A stretch of DNA of 64,000 nt, from assembly GCA_000146045.2 (NCBI GenBank), contig BK006948.2:672001-736000 (forward strand), given 5' to 3'. Within the stretch, counting starts at the first letter, position 1. Every line of letters begins with the position of its first letter. The position numbers and the translations under genes are program-made. Shown one piece after another: positions 1 through 11,764 of the stretch. Below the pieces are notes generated by a model that was not told the origin of the DNA, made no database searches, and saw only the letters and a list, made by a program, of their open reading frames with translations. This DNA is from TPA_inf: Saccharomyces (taxonomy: Eukaryota).

Positions 1-411
1 TTTTTTTCCTATTCCTTCATCGATGCTAAAACTGTCTCCAAATTGTTCTCGAAACAGATTTTGCAATTCTTGGATCTTCCAAACGTTATGGTTTCTCTCT
101 TTCAATTCTGATTCAGATAGCACGTTCTTGTCGCTTGCACACAAACCGATGATCATTATTACTATACTATCGGCAATTGTTTGGCTTATCATTGACTTCT
201 GTGTCCACTCAATTGAAACGCTGCTCGCAGATATTTCTACTTCGACGTCACCCAGCATTAACAGTTTCGTGGCATTTTCCGTTGCAGTTGTTTCTATGCA
301 ACCGAACGTTTGGACAATATGAAGGTACAAATCATTAGTTCGATCTGTCCCACTGTTATTTAGATTAATTCTTTGATGAGTTCTGTCACTTTTGTCCTTG
401 GGTAAATCCAT
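1..411 (-). CDS. SYC1: SYC1 (YOR179C), 5' portion of the CDS with ATG at 411..409; the ORF runs off the left edge of the window (137 codons present)
   Basis: Minus-strand translation from the ATG at 411 reads MDLPKDKSDRTHQRINLNNSGTDRTNDLYLHIVQTFGCIETTATENATKLL... with no stop through position 1. It lies immediately upstream of DCI1 and LAS17, as in the chrXV gene order. The ORF track does not list it because the stop is outside the window. Confidence 0.7.
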   Translation of the reverse strand, partial: MDLPKDKSDRTHQRINLNNSGTDRTNDLYLHIVQTFGCIETTATENATKLLMLGDVEVEISASSVSIEWTQKSMISQTIADSIVIMIIGLCASDKNVLSESELKERNHNVWKIQELQNLFREQFGDSFSIDEGIGKK

Positions 412-2351
412 TTTACGTTATAATGCAAATTACGTGAGCCGCTCTTGTTCAGTCATAGTGCAGACATGCAATTTTATCTCCGTTTCCTCTTATTTTTTTC
501 TTGTTTTTCTTGCTTTCTTCCTTTCCCGAAGAAGAACATCCGAAGTTAAAAAAAAAAATCTCAAATTTGAGACTATTTTATTCTATCGTTGAATGAGTGA
601 ATTTTGTAAAGAAGTAAGTGAATTGATTAGATAAAGCATGTTTATCACATAAAGTCTTTTTTCATAGTAGCAACGATGCTTGATACCATTATGATTTATA
701 TCTTTTATCCCCATCGTCGGTTATCTAAAAATTAAAATCAAAAAAAATACATAATCATTGTATACTACGATATCGCCTTTTCGGCTAGATTTCATATGCA
801 TCCCTCTCGGAAAACAACAACAGCACATATGCATAAAACCACTACTTTTAAAGACTCGACTTTGAGTGGCCTGGGTTACACAACTTGCGATATTTCGATG
901 TTTTCTTCCCTAAGCGTCGCAGTTGAACAAAACATCGGCTAAATTCTTTTCTCTTAGCAGAAACTTCATAGAGTTCATTAATAGTGATGGCTCCTTTTAG
1001 GCTAGGGACCTTTTTCTGAAGTTCTTTCTGTCACTATCCTCCGCAACCGCCTTTAAACTATTGAATGATTACTTTGCTAGGCCAATTTTTTTCGATCATT
1101 AAAATAAATTCTGAATATACCATGAAAATAAAGTTGCGCTTGTGACCTTTTTCGAGAAACACCATTTCACTTGATTTTGCATAGTTATTAGCGAAAATAG
1201 CACGATTTTTTTTTTTTCGATGCATTTTCCCTTTGCTCTCCTTACCTGCAAGGTTAGCGCAAGCAAAATGTCAAAGATGCGTCTAATATAAACATGTATA
1301 TATAGTCCAAGTGCATTCAAGGAATACTATCGTAACAACTTTTTTATCCTCCTTCGATTATGCAGTATCAATTGTCGAAGAAAAAGCTTAGGTCACAATA
1401 TGGTCGAAGGACGGCATATCATGATTCTAAGAATGCCTTTCTTTCTAAAAAGATGACGTTTGGTTCTATTTCAGTTATTCCCAGTTTGCTACCCATTTTT
1501 CTTTTCATTCCTCGAATACTTCCAACAAACATATAAAAATTTTCGTAATCGTTGACCTATTTTGGGGAGTTCCTTTTTTCTTCTTTAGAACTCCCTTTGG
1601 TTATATTTATTACTACGCAGATTTCGAGTAGTTGTCACATCAAACAGAATAAAAGGGGTATTGTAAATTTACTGACTTTTCCATCAATCCCGTATGAATG
1701 GATGGCTTACATATCTTGGAACGCAGACTTCGAAATTAAGTATTTAGGAGTGAGAATGTGCGTTAGCATTTTGTCTCATATCTAAATATTCAAGTTTAAC
1801 TTGTATTATTTGTCCTCAGTACAAGAGGTGTACGGCTTTTGAAAGTCCACTCCCCCATTTTTATCCGGATCTCTGCCGCTGGATTCTATTTTGTCACAAA
1901 GTTTGTGCCTTGGAGAGCGCCGTTTGCCAGCCCGTCATCAGTAGGACCCTTTTGTGCGGCTGCCAAATTTTCTAGAGATACCGCCGCGGCCGCCTCTTGT
2001 CTGGAAGAATTTGCATTGCCAAGGAAATTGATTCAGTTCATTAAGTACAGTTGTGAAGCACTTTAGTTACTTAACATGAATGACAGTTTTATTAGGTGTA
2101 AAAAAAAATCCTTTTTTTCAGAGAGCTATTTGTAAATATTATATGAATATTAAAAAACATCCTTTTTGAGTAAGAATTCCTATGAAACAAAATGGAACAA
2201 TTTCACTTATATTGTAAGCGGATTTTACAACAGATATAAAATATTGTGCGCCAACATTAAAGTATTAAAGAACCCGGAATTTAACAATTGCAGAAGTATG
2301 ATCGTGTAGTAGATTTTTTATGTTAAAATCCTATCTCTAAATGCTATATTA

Positions 2352-3167
2352 TTATAACTTGTGGCGCCTGTTTCCCTCTTGAAGCTGTTTAAATCTTTTG
2401 AATGGCTCGCCGCTTGCCCAAAAAGGCAAGGTTCCGTTAGTCTCCATTGCTTGTGCTTTGATAAGCTTCTGTTTCATTTCACTGTGTAACAATTCTTTCA
2501 TACCTAGTACACTTTTCGGATAAAGCCCTTCTAAATTCTGCTTTATGTCCTGAAGAACTTTTTCATTGAATGTTTCAGTATTTGTCAATTGATAATTTTT
2601 TGTAATAATAGTTCCTATCAATTCTTTAAATAGAACTGGTGTGCTGAAAATCATATGTTCGTTTGCAGAATTTATACCCAGTTTTTGAGTTAAGGTAACA
2701 GAAGTTCCCACTTCTGCGACAAAACCGAGATTGCTGAAGGGAAAAAGAAGAAATACTGAATCGTTTTGCGAGTAAACAATGTCACAAAGAGCAACTAGCG
2801 ATGCGCTAAGTCCGATGGCCGGTCCATTCAAACAGCACACCAGAACCTTTTTATGGATTGCAAATGCGTTCGCCACAAATATGTTAGGAGAGCTTATAGC
2901 AGATACCAGCTTTGAGACTTTCTCCACTTCGCTTGTAACGTCTCCATCGTTTAGCTTGTTAACTGCTGAAAACTTACCTCCCGAGGAGAAATACTTGCCT
3001 GAGCTTTGTAGAACAGTAAACAAAACAGAATCAATATCGTTTGCCTTATGCAGTAATAGTGCAATGTATACAAAATCCTCGAAAGTTAAAGAGTTCAAAT
3101 GTTTTGGATCAATTAATTTGATTATGAAAAAGGGACCATTAATATGGTAGCACACACGACTGCTCAT
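2352..3167 (-). CDS. DCI1: DCI1, peroxisomal dienoyl-CoA isomerase of the enoyl-CoA hydratase/isomerase family, 271 aa, C-terminal -HKL (PTS1-like)
   Basis: Track ORF 2352..3197 starts with GTG. The first ATG, at 3167, gives 271 aa beginning MSSRVCYHINGPFFIIKL and ending ...RRHKL. The protein is crotonase-like and lies divergent to LAS17. Confidence 0.85.
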   Translation of the reverse strand: MSSRVCYHINGPFFIIKLIDPKHLNSLTFEDFVYIALLLHKANDIDSVLFTVLQSSGKYFSSGGKFSAVNKLNDGDVTSEVEKVSKLVSAISSPNIFVANAFAIHKKVLVCCLNGPAIGLSASLVALCDIVYSQNDSVFLLFPFSNLGFVAEVGTSVTLTQKLGINSANEHMIFSTPVLFKELIGTIITKNYQLTNTETFNEKVLQDIKQNLEGLYPKSVLGMKELLHSEMKQKLIKAQAMETNGTLPFWASGEPFKRFKQLQEGNRRHKL

Positions 3168-3285
3168 AGTTAGAAGATAACTCACTAGACTTAACACCAG
3201 AAAATCCTACTCTGTAATAAAATAATCCCGGGGTAATGGATTGGATTTTTCTATCAGGATCGTTTACGTATATATAATACACTGT

Positions 3286-3309
3286 CGGAGTTTAGCGCGC
3301 TTACAGCCG
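3286..3309. promoter_or_regulatory. Oleate response element (ORE; Pip2-Oaf1 site) in the DCI1 promoter
   Basis: CGG-AGT-TTA-GCGCGCTTACAG-CCG matches the ORE consensus CGGN3TNAN9-12CCG exactly. It lies about 120 bp upstream of the DCI1 ATG. Confidence 0.5.
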
Positions 3310-3324
3310 CTACTTGTGGAGTCC

Positions 3325-3343
3325 TTTTTTTTTTTTTTTTTTT
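3325..3343. promoter_or_regulatory. 19-nt poly(dT:dA) tract in the bidirectional DCI1-LAS17 promoter, a likely nucleosome-excluding element
   Basis: Uninterrupted T run from 3325 to 3343 between two divergent ATGs. Confidence 0.5.
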
Positions 3344-3938
3344 GGGGTTTCAGACATCCAGTAAAGAATAGAAACAAGCAACAAACTTCAGAACTGAAAC
3401 AATGCTTTTTTAAGTTATCGCCTAAATATATTCAAAAAATATAGATATGCTAGATTTTCAATTATACCAAAGTTCATATTTTCAAAATGAATGTTAACAA
3501 AAAGACAAGTTGATGGCCCTTTTTCATAAAGTATGCGTTTAGTTTCAAGTAACGCCGGCTGACGTGGACGATTTATCAAAGAAGTGGTTTTGGAATACTC
3601 TTCTTTTGCAATTAGAAAAAAGGCAAAACTAAATGCAATGCAAGCAGTTGCCCATGGTACTTGAAATTGTGTCTCTGGTTTAAAAGATCTATGATATAAG
3701 TCTTAACTGATCTTATAGTTGTTTTTTTTTGAATTTTCCAAATAGTTTATATGATCATTGAATACGTGCGAGACGTCCGAAAAGGGGCCAGTCAATACCT
3801 ATGAAAAAAAATCATGAATATGTAATAATAAATATTGAATGTAGAATATACATAGTAGAAAAGGAAGTGCTGTAGCGATTGCCATCTCCGCTACAAATTA
3901 CAGTTCGTTACTTTAAGTGTTGATAGGCGTGATTTAAT

Positions 3939-5840
3939 ATGGGACTCCTAAACTCTTCAGATAAGGAAATTATCAAAAGGGCTCTACCAAAAGCGTCGAA
4001 TAAGATTATTGATGTTACGGTGGCTCGACTATACATTGCATACCCTGATAAAAATGAATGGCAGTACACTGGACTTTCAGGAGCTCTTGCTCTAGTAGAC
4101 GATCTTGTGGGGAATACTTTTTTTTTGAAATTAGTTGACATCAATGGCCATAGAGGAGTTATCTGGGACCAAGAATTGTATGTGAATTTTGAATACTATC
4201 AAGACCGTACTTTTTTTCATACATTTGAGATGGAAGAATGCTTTGCAGGTTTATTGTTTGTAGATATTAATGAAGCATCGCACTTTTTAAAGAGAGTTCA
4301 AAAGCGTGAAAGATATGCTAACAGGAAAACTTTGTTGAACAAAAATGCTGTAGCATTAACCAAGAAAGTAAGAGAAGAACAAAAATCTCAAGTGGTGCAC
4401 GGCCCAAGAGGGGAGTCATTGATTGACAATCAAAGGAAAAGATATAATTATGAAGATGTGGACACAATTCCAACTACAAAGCATAAGGCTCCTCCCCCTC
4501 CTCCGCCAACGGCCGAAACATTTGATTCAGACCAAACAAGTTCATTTTCCGATATCAATTCGACAACAGCATCCGCACCGACTACCCCAGCCCCTGCTCT
4601 TCCTCCTGCATCTCCTGAAGTAAGAAAAGAAGAAACGCATCCAAAGCATAGTTTACCGCCTTTACCAAATCAGTTTGCGCCATTACCAGACCCTCCACAA
4701 CATAACTCTCCACCTCAAAATAACGCGCCTTCGCAACCCCAAAGCAATCCATTTCCATTCCCAATTCCTGAAATTCCCTCGACACAGTCTGCAACAAACC
4801 CATTTCCATTTCCGGTACCTCAGCAGCAGTTTAATCAAGCTCCTTCAATGGGCATACCACAGCAGAATAGGCCCCTTCCACAGTTGCCTAACAGAAATAA
4901 TCGGCCTGTGCCACCTCCTCCGCCAATGCGTACCACTACTGAAGGTTCAGGTGTTCGCCTACCTGCTCCTCCACCTCCGCCAAGGCGTGGGCCAGCACCA
5001 CCGCCTCCACCACATAGGCACGTAACCAGTAATACCCTGAATTCTGCCGGTGGAAATAGCCTCCTTCCACAGGCCACTGGAAGAAGAGGGCCAGCACCAC
5101 CACCTCCTCCAAGAGCATCTCGCCCCACACCAAACGTTACGATGCAACAAAATCCACAACAGTACAATAATTCTAACCGCCCCTTTGGATATCAGACAAA
5201 TAGCAACATGTCATCTCCACCCCCTCCTCCAGTGACAACTTTCAATACCCTGACACCACAAATGACTGCAGCAACTGGACAACCTGCAGTTCCCCTTCCT
5301 CAGAATACTCAAGCACCTTCGCAAGCCACAAATGTGCCAGTGGCACCACCACCTCCTCCGGCATCTTTAGGCCAGTCGCAGATACCTCAGTCAGCACCCT
5401 CAGCACCTATTCCGCCAACGTTACCATCGACGACGAGTGCTGCACCACCTCCGCCACCAGCATTCCTAACTCAACAACCTCAATCTGGAGGAGCTCCAGC
5501 TCCACCCCCACCTCCTCAAATGCCAGCTACATCAACATCCGGAGGCGGTTCATTCGCTGAAACTACTGGAGATGCAGGTCGTGATGCACTTTTAGCTTCA
5601 ATTAGAGGGGCAGGTGGCATAGGCGCTTTGAGAAAAGTTGACAAATCGCAGCTAGATAAGCCCTCAGTTTTACTGCAGGAAGCACGTGGAGAATCTGCTT
5701 CACCACCAGCAGCGGCTGGAAATGGAGGCACACCTGGTGGACCTCCGGCTTCTTTAGCAGATGCGTTGGCAGCAGCTTTAAACAAAAGAAAAACTAAAGT
5801 GGGAGCTCATGACGATATGGACAATGGTGATGATTGGTAA
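3939..5840 (+). CDS. LAS17: LAS17/BEE1, WASP homolog and actin-assembly factor, 633 aa
   Basis: ATG at 3939. N-terminal WH1-like region MGLLNSSDKEIIKRALPKASNKIIDVTVARLYIAYPDK..., a long poly-proline central region with repeated GPAPPPPP motifs, a WH2-like segment (RDALLASIRGAGGIGALRKV) and an acidic C-terminus ending DDW. Confidence 0.95.
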   Translation: MGLLNSSDKEIIKRALPKASNKIIDVTVARLYIAYPDKNEWQYTGLSGALALVDDLVGNTFFLKLVDINGHRGVIWDQELYVNFEYYQDRTFFHTFEMEECFAGLLFVDINEASHFLKRVQKRERYANRKTLLNKNAVALTKKVREEQKSQVVHGPRGESLIDNQRKRYNYEDVDTIPTTKHKAPPPPPPTAETFDSDQTSSFSDINSTTASAPTTPAPALPPASPEVRKEETHPKHSLPPLPNQFAPLPDPPQHNSPPQNNAPSQPQSNPFPFPIPEIPSTQSATNPFPFPVPQQQFNQAPSMGIPQQNRPLPQLPNRNNRPVPPPPPMRTTTEGSGVRLPAPPPPPRRGPAPPPPPHRHVTSNTLNSAGGNSLLPQATGRRGPAPPPPPRASRPTPNVTMQQNPQQYNNSNRPFGYQTNSNMSSPPPPPVTTFNTLTPQMTAATGQPAVPLPQNTQAPSQATNVPVAPPPPPASLGQSQIPQSAPSAPIPPTLPSTTSAAPPPPPAFLTQQPQSGGAPAPPPPPQMPATSTSGGGSFAETTGDAGRDALLASIRGAGGIGALRKVDKSQLDKPSVLLQEARGESASPPAAAGNGGTPGGPPASLADALAAALNKRKTKVGAHDDMDNGDDW

Positions 5841-6190
5841 TGGAATGCAAACAAAGATGAAACTACTGTTATAGAAAATATGTAATTTTATGTACTCACT
5901 ATTAATGATCAAAGTAATTGCTCTTTTTATGTATAGTTTCTTTAATCGGAGGAAATTTTGATATAGGTTCAAAGGCGGTCAGTGATTGAATGATCAAGGT
6001 AATAGTCGGGCTACAATGATGGCCATCCCTATGGCCGTTTCAAATGTTTGAGAAAATGATGTATAGTAAATCCTAGATTTTAGCAGTTCGAATCAAAAAC
6101 CCATGTAAAAAGGGTAAATATTTCCTAATTATAATATTTTTGTTTAATTACACATGTAGAACAATAAAAGTATAGAATTTTAGATAGTAT

Positions 6191-6793
<603 letters not shown>

Positions 6794-6871
6794 TTTGTAT
6801 AATTTGTTTATCTAGTATCTTGAGGAAGGAGTGCTAATTCAGAATCTTCATCCTTAATATTGAAGATTGGG

Positions 6872-7261
6872 ATGAGATTACTTCACCATGGTGAATACGG
6901 GACAAAACTAATTGGAGGAAAATGCAGCATAGATGGGAAACTCGGTCACCCTTGCCCGCTAAGCAGAAGACGCAAAAAACATCTGCGCGAAAAAGAAATG
7001 GGTCCACAATATGTACGGATGTATGGTCCCAAAAGAAAAGCCATAATAAGGACAGGAAACCCGGATGACGGCATTAATTTACCTGACACCGGCCGAGGCA
7101 CCTTAACTGCAGCCACAATTTGGTCACGAGCTTACCATTCAAATTATTCTTACCTTGTACGCCCAAAAGTAGTGACTCTTTCTAAGCATCGCGAATTAAT
7201 GACTACTTTTCTTTTATACGTTTTATATGTATGTATATATATAAGTGCCTTCATAAAATAG
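6872..7261 (+). CDS. FYV12: FYV12 (YOR183W), small ORF of unknown function, 129 aa, weak coding support
   Basis: Track ORF 6860..7261 starts with TTG and the first ATG is at 6872. It lies in the RPS30B-SER1 intergenic promoter region. The name is assigned by position only. Confidence 0.35.
   Translation: MRLLHHGEYGTKLIGGKCSIDGKLGHPCPLSRRRKKHLREKEMGPQYVRMYGPKRKAIIRTGNPDDGINLPDTGRGTLTAATIWSRAYHSNYSYLVRPKVVTLSKHRELMTTFLLYVLYVCIYISAFIK
7012..7022. promoter_or_regulatory. Rap1-like site upstream of RPS30B
   Basis: TGTACGGATGT matches the reverse-complement Rap1 consensus TGTRYGGGTGT with one mismatch. It lies about 220 bp upstream of the RPS30B ATG, a typical distance for ribosomal-protein promoters. 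A second weaker copy (TGTATGGTCC) follows directly. Confidence 0.3.
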
Positions 7262-7356
7262 ACAAAGACATTAAGGAGCCTTTGAAATTACTTAATTGAA
7301 CAACACAGGTCTAATTAGTTGATCAATCATCGATTAACCATTAGTGATAAGAAACA

Positions 7357-8544
7357 ATGTCTTTGGAAAGAGAGGAACCACAACATTTCGGAGCAGGGCC
7401 AGCTCAAATGCCTACACCAGTTTTGCAACAAGCTGCTAAAGACTTAATCAATTTCAATGACATAGGTTTGGGTATCGGTGAAATTTCTCACCGTTCGAAG
7501 GATGCCACCAAAGTGATTGAAGACTCTAAGAAGCACTTAATCGAACTGCTAAATATTCCTGACACTCATGAAGTGTTCTACTTGCAAGGTGGTGGCACTA
7601 CTGGTTTTTCTTCCGTTGCTACTAATTTGGCAGCTGCATATGTGGGTAAGCATGGGAAGATTGCACCTGCCGGTTATTTAGTCACCGGTAGTTGGTCTCA
7701 GAAATCTTTTGAAGAGGCAAAGAGATTGCACGTTCCTGCTGAAGTTATCTTCAACGCTAAAGATTATAACAATGGCAAATTTGGTAAAATTCCGGATGAA
7801 TCCCTTTGGGAAGATAAAATCAAAGGTAAGGCTTTCTCATACGTGTACCTATGTGAGAATGAAACTGTTCATGGTGTTGAATGGCCAGAATTACCAAAAT
7901 GTTTAGTAAACGACCCCAACATCGAAATTGTTGCTGACTTATCCAGCGACATTTTGTCTCGTAAGATTGACGTTTCTCAATACGGTGTCATCATGGCAGG
8001 CGCCCAAAAAAACATTGGTTTAGCAGGCTTAACCCTATACATTATCAAGAAATCCATCCTTAAGAATATTTCTGGCGCTTCTGATGAAACATTACATGAA
8101 TTGGGAGTACCAATCACCCCTATTGCATTCGACTATCCAACGGTGGTGAAGAACAACTCAGCCTATAATACAATTCCAATTTTCACTTTACATGTTATGG
8201 ATCTCGTGTTCCAACATATTTTGAAGAAGGGTGGTGTTGAAGCGCAACAGGCTGAAAATGAAGAAAAGGCCAAGATATTATATGAGGCATTGGATGCAAA
8301 TTCAGATTTTTACAACGTTCCAGTGGATCCAAAGTGTAGATCAAAAATGAATGTCGTTTTCACCCTTAAAAAGGACGGCCTTGATGACCAGTTTCTAAAA
8401 GAGGCAGCTGCTCGTCATTTAACCGGTTTGAAAGGACATCGTTCAGTTGGTGGGTTCAGAGCCTCCATCTATAACGCGCTTTCAGTGAAAGCTGTACAAA
8501 ACTTGGTAGATTTTATCAAGGAATTTGCTGAGAAAAACGCTTAA
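7357..8544 (+). CDS. SER1: SER1, phosphoserine aminotransferase, 395 aa
   Basis: ATG at 7357. The protein MSLEREEPQHFGAGPAQMPTPVLQQAAKDLINFNDIGLGIGEISHRSKD... is class V aminotransferase-like. Confidence 0.95.
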   Translation: MSLEREEPQHFGAGPAQMPTPVLQQAAKDLINFNDIGLGIGEISHRSKDATKVIEDSKKHLIELLNIPDTHEVFYLQGGGTTGFSSVATNLAAAYVGKHGKIAPAGYLVTGSWSQKSFEEAKRLHVPAEVIFNAKDYNNGKFGKIPDESLWEDKIKGKAFSYVYLCENETVHGVEWPELPKCLVNDPNIEIVADLSSDILSRKIDVSQYGVIMAGAQKNIGLAGLTLYIIKKSILKNISGASDETLHELGVPITPIAFDYPTVVKNNSAYNTIPIFTLHVMDLVFQHILKKGGVEAQQAENEEKAKILYEALDANSDFYNVPVDPKCRSKMNVVFTLKKDGLDDQFLKEAAARHLTGLKGHRSVGGFRASIYNALSVKAVQNLVDFIKEFAEKNA

Positions 8545-9443
8545 TATCAGCGGAATATGCCTGTAATTTGGTTCAAAGAAAAACTTTTTCAAGTCATATG
8601 TAAGTTTTAAATAAATCAGTTTACGAACATGCACAAGAATAACTTCTCTTCTTTTTCTTGAAATAAAGGCCGAATTATACGATATGATATGAGACGTTCT
8701 AATTACAATACGATACCGTGAGATAAAAATAGCGATATCCTCGTACTCAAAGAAGTCTAATTGTTTTAGCCCGTTGATCAAAAAAATAAAATGTATTTTT
8801 ATTTTTTTGTCATCCAGCTCAAGATCGTAATATTGGCAATTAACAACCGAGCGAGGCACAGGGCAAAGAGAATGTGGGTGAGACTGAACTATCTCTCCCA
8901 ATATATTATACTTTTTTTTGTCGCGTCTACCAATTAAATGAAAACATAATTGGGAATACTTTCCTCTTCTTATATTTTATCTTAACTCGTTTCCGATCTT
9001 CTGATATTCTATTTGTATATGAATAAGAACATTATTGTAATCGAAAGAAGTATCTCTTTTCAAGAGGATTACTTTTCATTGAAAACTTTTGGACGGGCAA
9101 AAAAAAAAAAGCGCCAGCAGGAAGAAAAAAGGAATCTAGTAAAAAATAAAAATTAGGTTTATAAAGTAGTAAGTGAAGTGCAAGAGGGAGCGTTATTGGA
9201 CGATCATATTGTGATCGGATCCCGTTTATTGGTCTTTGATTCAATTTAAAAGAAAAGAAATGTACAGGTTAAACTTCAACATACCAAAAAAAAATTACAA
9301 TGTGGCAATTAAACAGAGAAGAACTAATTCTTTAAAAATAGACTTTCAGAACTATATATTAAAAATAAAAGAAATTTCAAAAAAAAATTTTTAGATTGAT
9401 GTGAGAAGAAGCAGAATATTTTCGTATATAAATTTTCATGTTT

Positions 9444-10106
9444 TTATAAATCAGCATCGTCTTCATCAGGTAATGGTAAAGCAGTGGCTTGGTCCATTTC
9501 TTGCTGGTATTGGTGCATTAGTTGCTCGTCAACTTGCACCTCAGGTGGGGCCAATGCAGGAGACGCAACAAACTCCAATTGTGGGTTACCGGCAAGTTTT
9601 CTAGCCAACCACAAGAAAGGCTTTTCAAAATTATAATTGGATTTTGCAGAAATGTCATAATATTGTAAGTTCTTTTTTCTATGGAAAGTGATAGTCTTGG
9701 CCTTGACCTTTCTCTCTTTGACATCGACTTTATTGCCACATAGCACTATGGGAATATTTTCACACACACGGACTAAGTCTCTATGCCAATTAGGGACGTT
9801 CTTGTAAGTGATTCTGGATGTGACATCGAACATAATAATTGCACATTGAGCATTGATGTAATAACCATCCCTTAACCCGCCAAATTTTTCTTGGCCTGCG
9901 GTATCCCAGACATCGAACTTAATTTCACCGAAATTAGTATAAAAAGATAGAGGATGAACTTCTACTCCGATAGTTGCAATGTATTTTTTTTCAAATTCAC
10001 CGGTCAGATGTCTCTTCACAAAGGTAGTCTTACCAGTACCTCCATCACCAACAAGAACTAACTTGAAAGTGGGAACCTCGGCATTGTTTTGAGCAGGTGC
10101 TGACAT
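9444..10106 (-). CDS. GSP2: GSP2, Ran GTPase paralog, 220 aa
   Basis: ATG at 10106..10104. P-loop [15 protein letters not shown] and NKVD motifs. The C-terminus ends DEDDADL. The N-terminus [14 protein letters not shown] is that of GSP2 rather than GSP1. Confidence 0.9.
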   Translation of the reverse strand: MSAPAQNNAEVPTFKLVLVGDGGTGKTTFVKRHLTGEFEKKYIATIGVEVHPLSFYTNFGEIKFDVWDTAGQEKFGGLRDGYYINAQCAIIMFDVTSRITYKNVPNWHRDLVRVCENIPIVLCGNKVDVKERKVKAKTITFHRKKNLQYYDISAKSNYNFEKPFLWLARKLAGNPQLEFVASPALAPPEVQVDEQLMHQYQQEMDQATALPLPDEDDADL

Positions 10107-11110
10107 TACGAACTTATATAGGTAGTCACAGGTTTATATCTTTATTGTGCTTAGCCGAACACTTACTTTCTCTCAAATTCCATCAAGAATTATTGTTTAT
10201 TCCTCCAGAAGAGATCAAGTACCATTTACACTATTTTTTGTATTTAAGGGGTGGCAGAATTCAGGATGCCACATGCGGCTTTTAATGATAGCAAGCTTAT
10301 ACAGCGGAAGACAAAAAAACGGGTAACTGACATTGTATATATTCACCTTGAAAATAAGTGCTAACGCCATGTAAGGGTATGGCCCGCTTAAAGGGCAAGT
10401 TCACTCCGCTCAAGATACAAAACTGAAACGATGAAGAAAAAAAGAGCATCTTGACCTCCCGTGACTCATTAAGACCACTTGAGACCACTTGCTCTATGTG
10501 TATCAACCTATAAACTGTATATCTTTTGCATTTTGCACCTCCTTAAGGAAAGAAACTCCCTTCGAAAGTATTATTTCCCTGTGGCCCCTTACTTCTCTAA
10601 TTGACAAGACAGAATTTTCTCGATAATTCCCTGGATAAAGTGTCAGTTTATAGAGTAGATCTCACTTGCCTTTTGACTGCTTCCGCAAGCAGAGGGATCG
10701 TAAGTTGTACACACCATTGCCTTGGCTATTACCACCACAATGTCGTGGCAATAGCGGAACCGTGCGGATGTAGCCATTGCTGCAAGCGAAAGCGCGGAGG
10801 TTAGCGGCAATGGCGTTCAAAACGGGATGGCTTCTTCGCCAAGTACACGGAATAATATCCAGATAGAAGTATTTTTGTGCGGTAAAGGGTACCACATCTG
10901 CAGCAGCGCAATGAAAATTGCGTATCAACAGCAAAAGAAATACTTAAATAGCATGTTTAGCACTTTTGATATAAAAAGGGGCCGCAAATGTTCTGGCGTA
11001 TTACTGTTTTTTCTTGTCAAATGTGTCACTAAGCAAGCAACTTGTAATCAAGACCTCAATTCAAGGTTAGTTTACTCCTTCTCTCAAATACTACGTAACA
11101 GATCTTATTG

Positions 11111-11545
11111 ATGACTTTGGCTTTTACGACCTTCGCTATTTCCAAGATAAACAATTCGTCCACGAATGAAGATTCTAAAGTCATGATACTGTGCGATGAG
11201 CATCACCCTTTCGAGAAGGGTTACTTTAAGTCCGCCATACGAGCCTTCGGCAACAGCATTAAGCTAGGATTAATGGGTAACTCGCGACCAGAAGACGCAG
11301 CGTCCATATTCCAAGATAAAAATATTCCTCACGATCTGACGACGGAAGAATTCAGGTTGCAGCTGGTCTGTATGGCTTTTTCCTGGTTCATATTTGGTCT
11401 CTTCATCGCCTGCTTACTACTTTGTATCACGCTTGTGCTAACATCGCGATATCCTGGAGAAAATGAAAACAAAGCCACGGAAGTTGTGCCATCCAGTAAT
11501 ATTGACGACGAAGAAAAGCAATTATCGCTTTCCGACATGATTTAG
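11111..11545 (+). CDS. YOR186W, small predicted membrane protein of unknown function, 144 aa
   Basis: Track ORF starts with TTG at 11108 and the first ATG is at 11111. A hydrophobic segment WFIFGLFIACLLLCITLVL suggests a transmembrane helix. Confidence 0.55.
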   Translation: MTLAFTTFAISKINNSSTNEDSKVMILCDEHHPFEKGYFKSAIRAFGNSIKLGLMGNSRPEDAASIFQDKNIPHDLTTEEFRLQLVCMAFSWFIFGLFIACLLLCITLVLTSRYPGENENKATEVVPSSNIDDEEKQLSLSDMI

Positions 11546-11733
11546 TACTACGTGGAAGAAAGGAAAAGAAGCTGCTTTTCTCATTTAAAACATTTAGTTT
11601 ATATACTTCGCCTCTGGAGGACTTTTCAATTTATGCAATATGTGAGCACTTCTCTATTCTCGATTAGGTCTCTGATATATACATATACATAAACATAAAG
11701 CAGTAAGTTGGGTCTATTATACTGACAACCCTG

Positions 11734-11741
11734 TTACCCGC
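11734..11741. promoter_or_regulatory. Reb1-type site (TTACCCGC) in the TUF1 upstream region
   Basis: Contains the Reb1 core TTACCCG. It lies about 290 bp upstream of the TUF1 ATG. Confidence 0.3.
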
Positions 11742-11764
11742 ATTGAAATTGACAGGCTGCCCAT

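Noticed and set aside
2316-2326. ACS-like TTTTATGTTAA (10/11) just downstream of the DCI1 stop
   Set aside because: Single near-matches to the ARS consensus are frequent in AT-rich 3' regions, and there are no flanking B-elements I could recognise.
4423-5235. Cluster of antisense and off-frame ORFs (for example 4835..5167 minus, 110 aa, G/P-rich; 4959..5159 minus, W/R-rich) inside LAS17
   Set aside because: They are created by the low-complexity CCN/GGN codon repeats of the LAS17 polyproline region. Such tracts are stop-free in several frames, so these ORFs are not independent genes.
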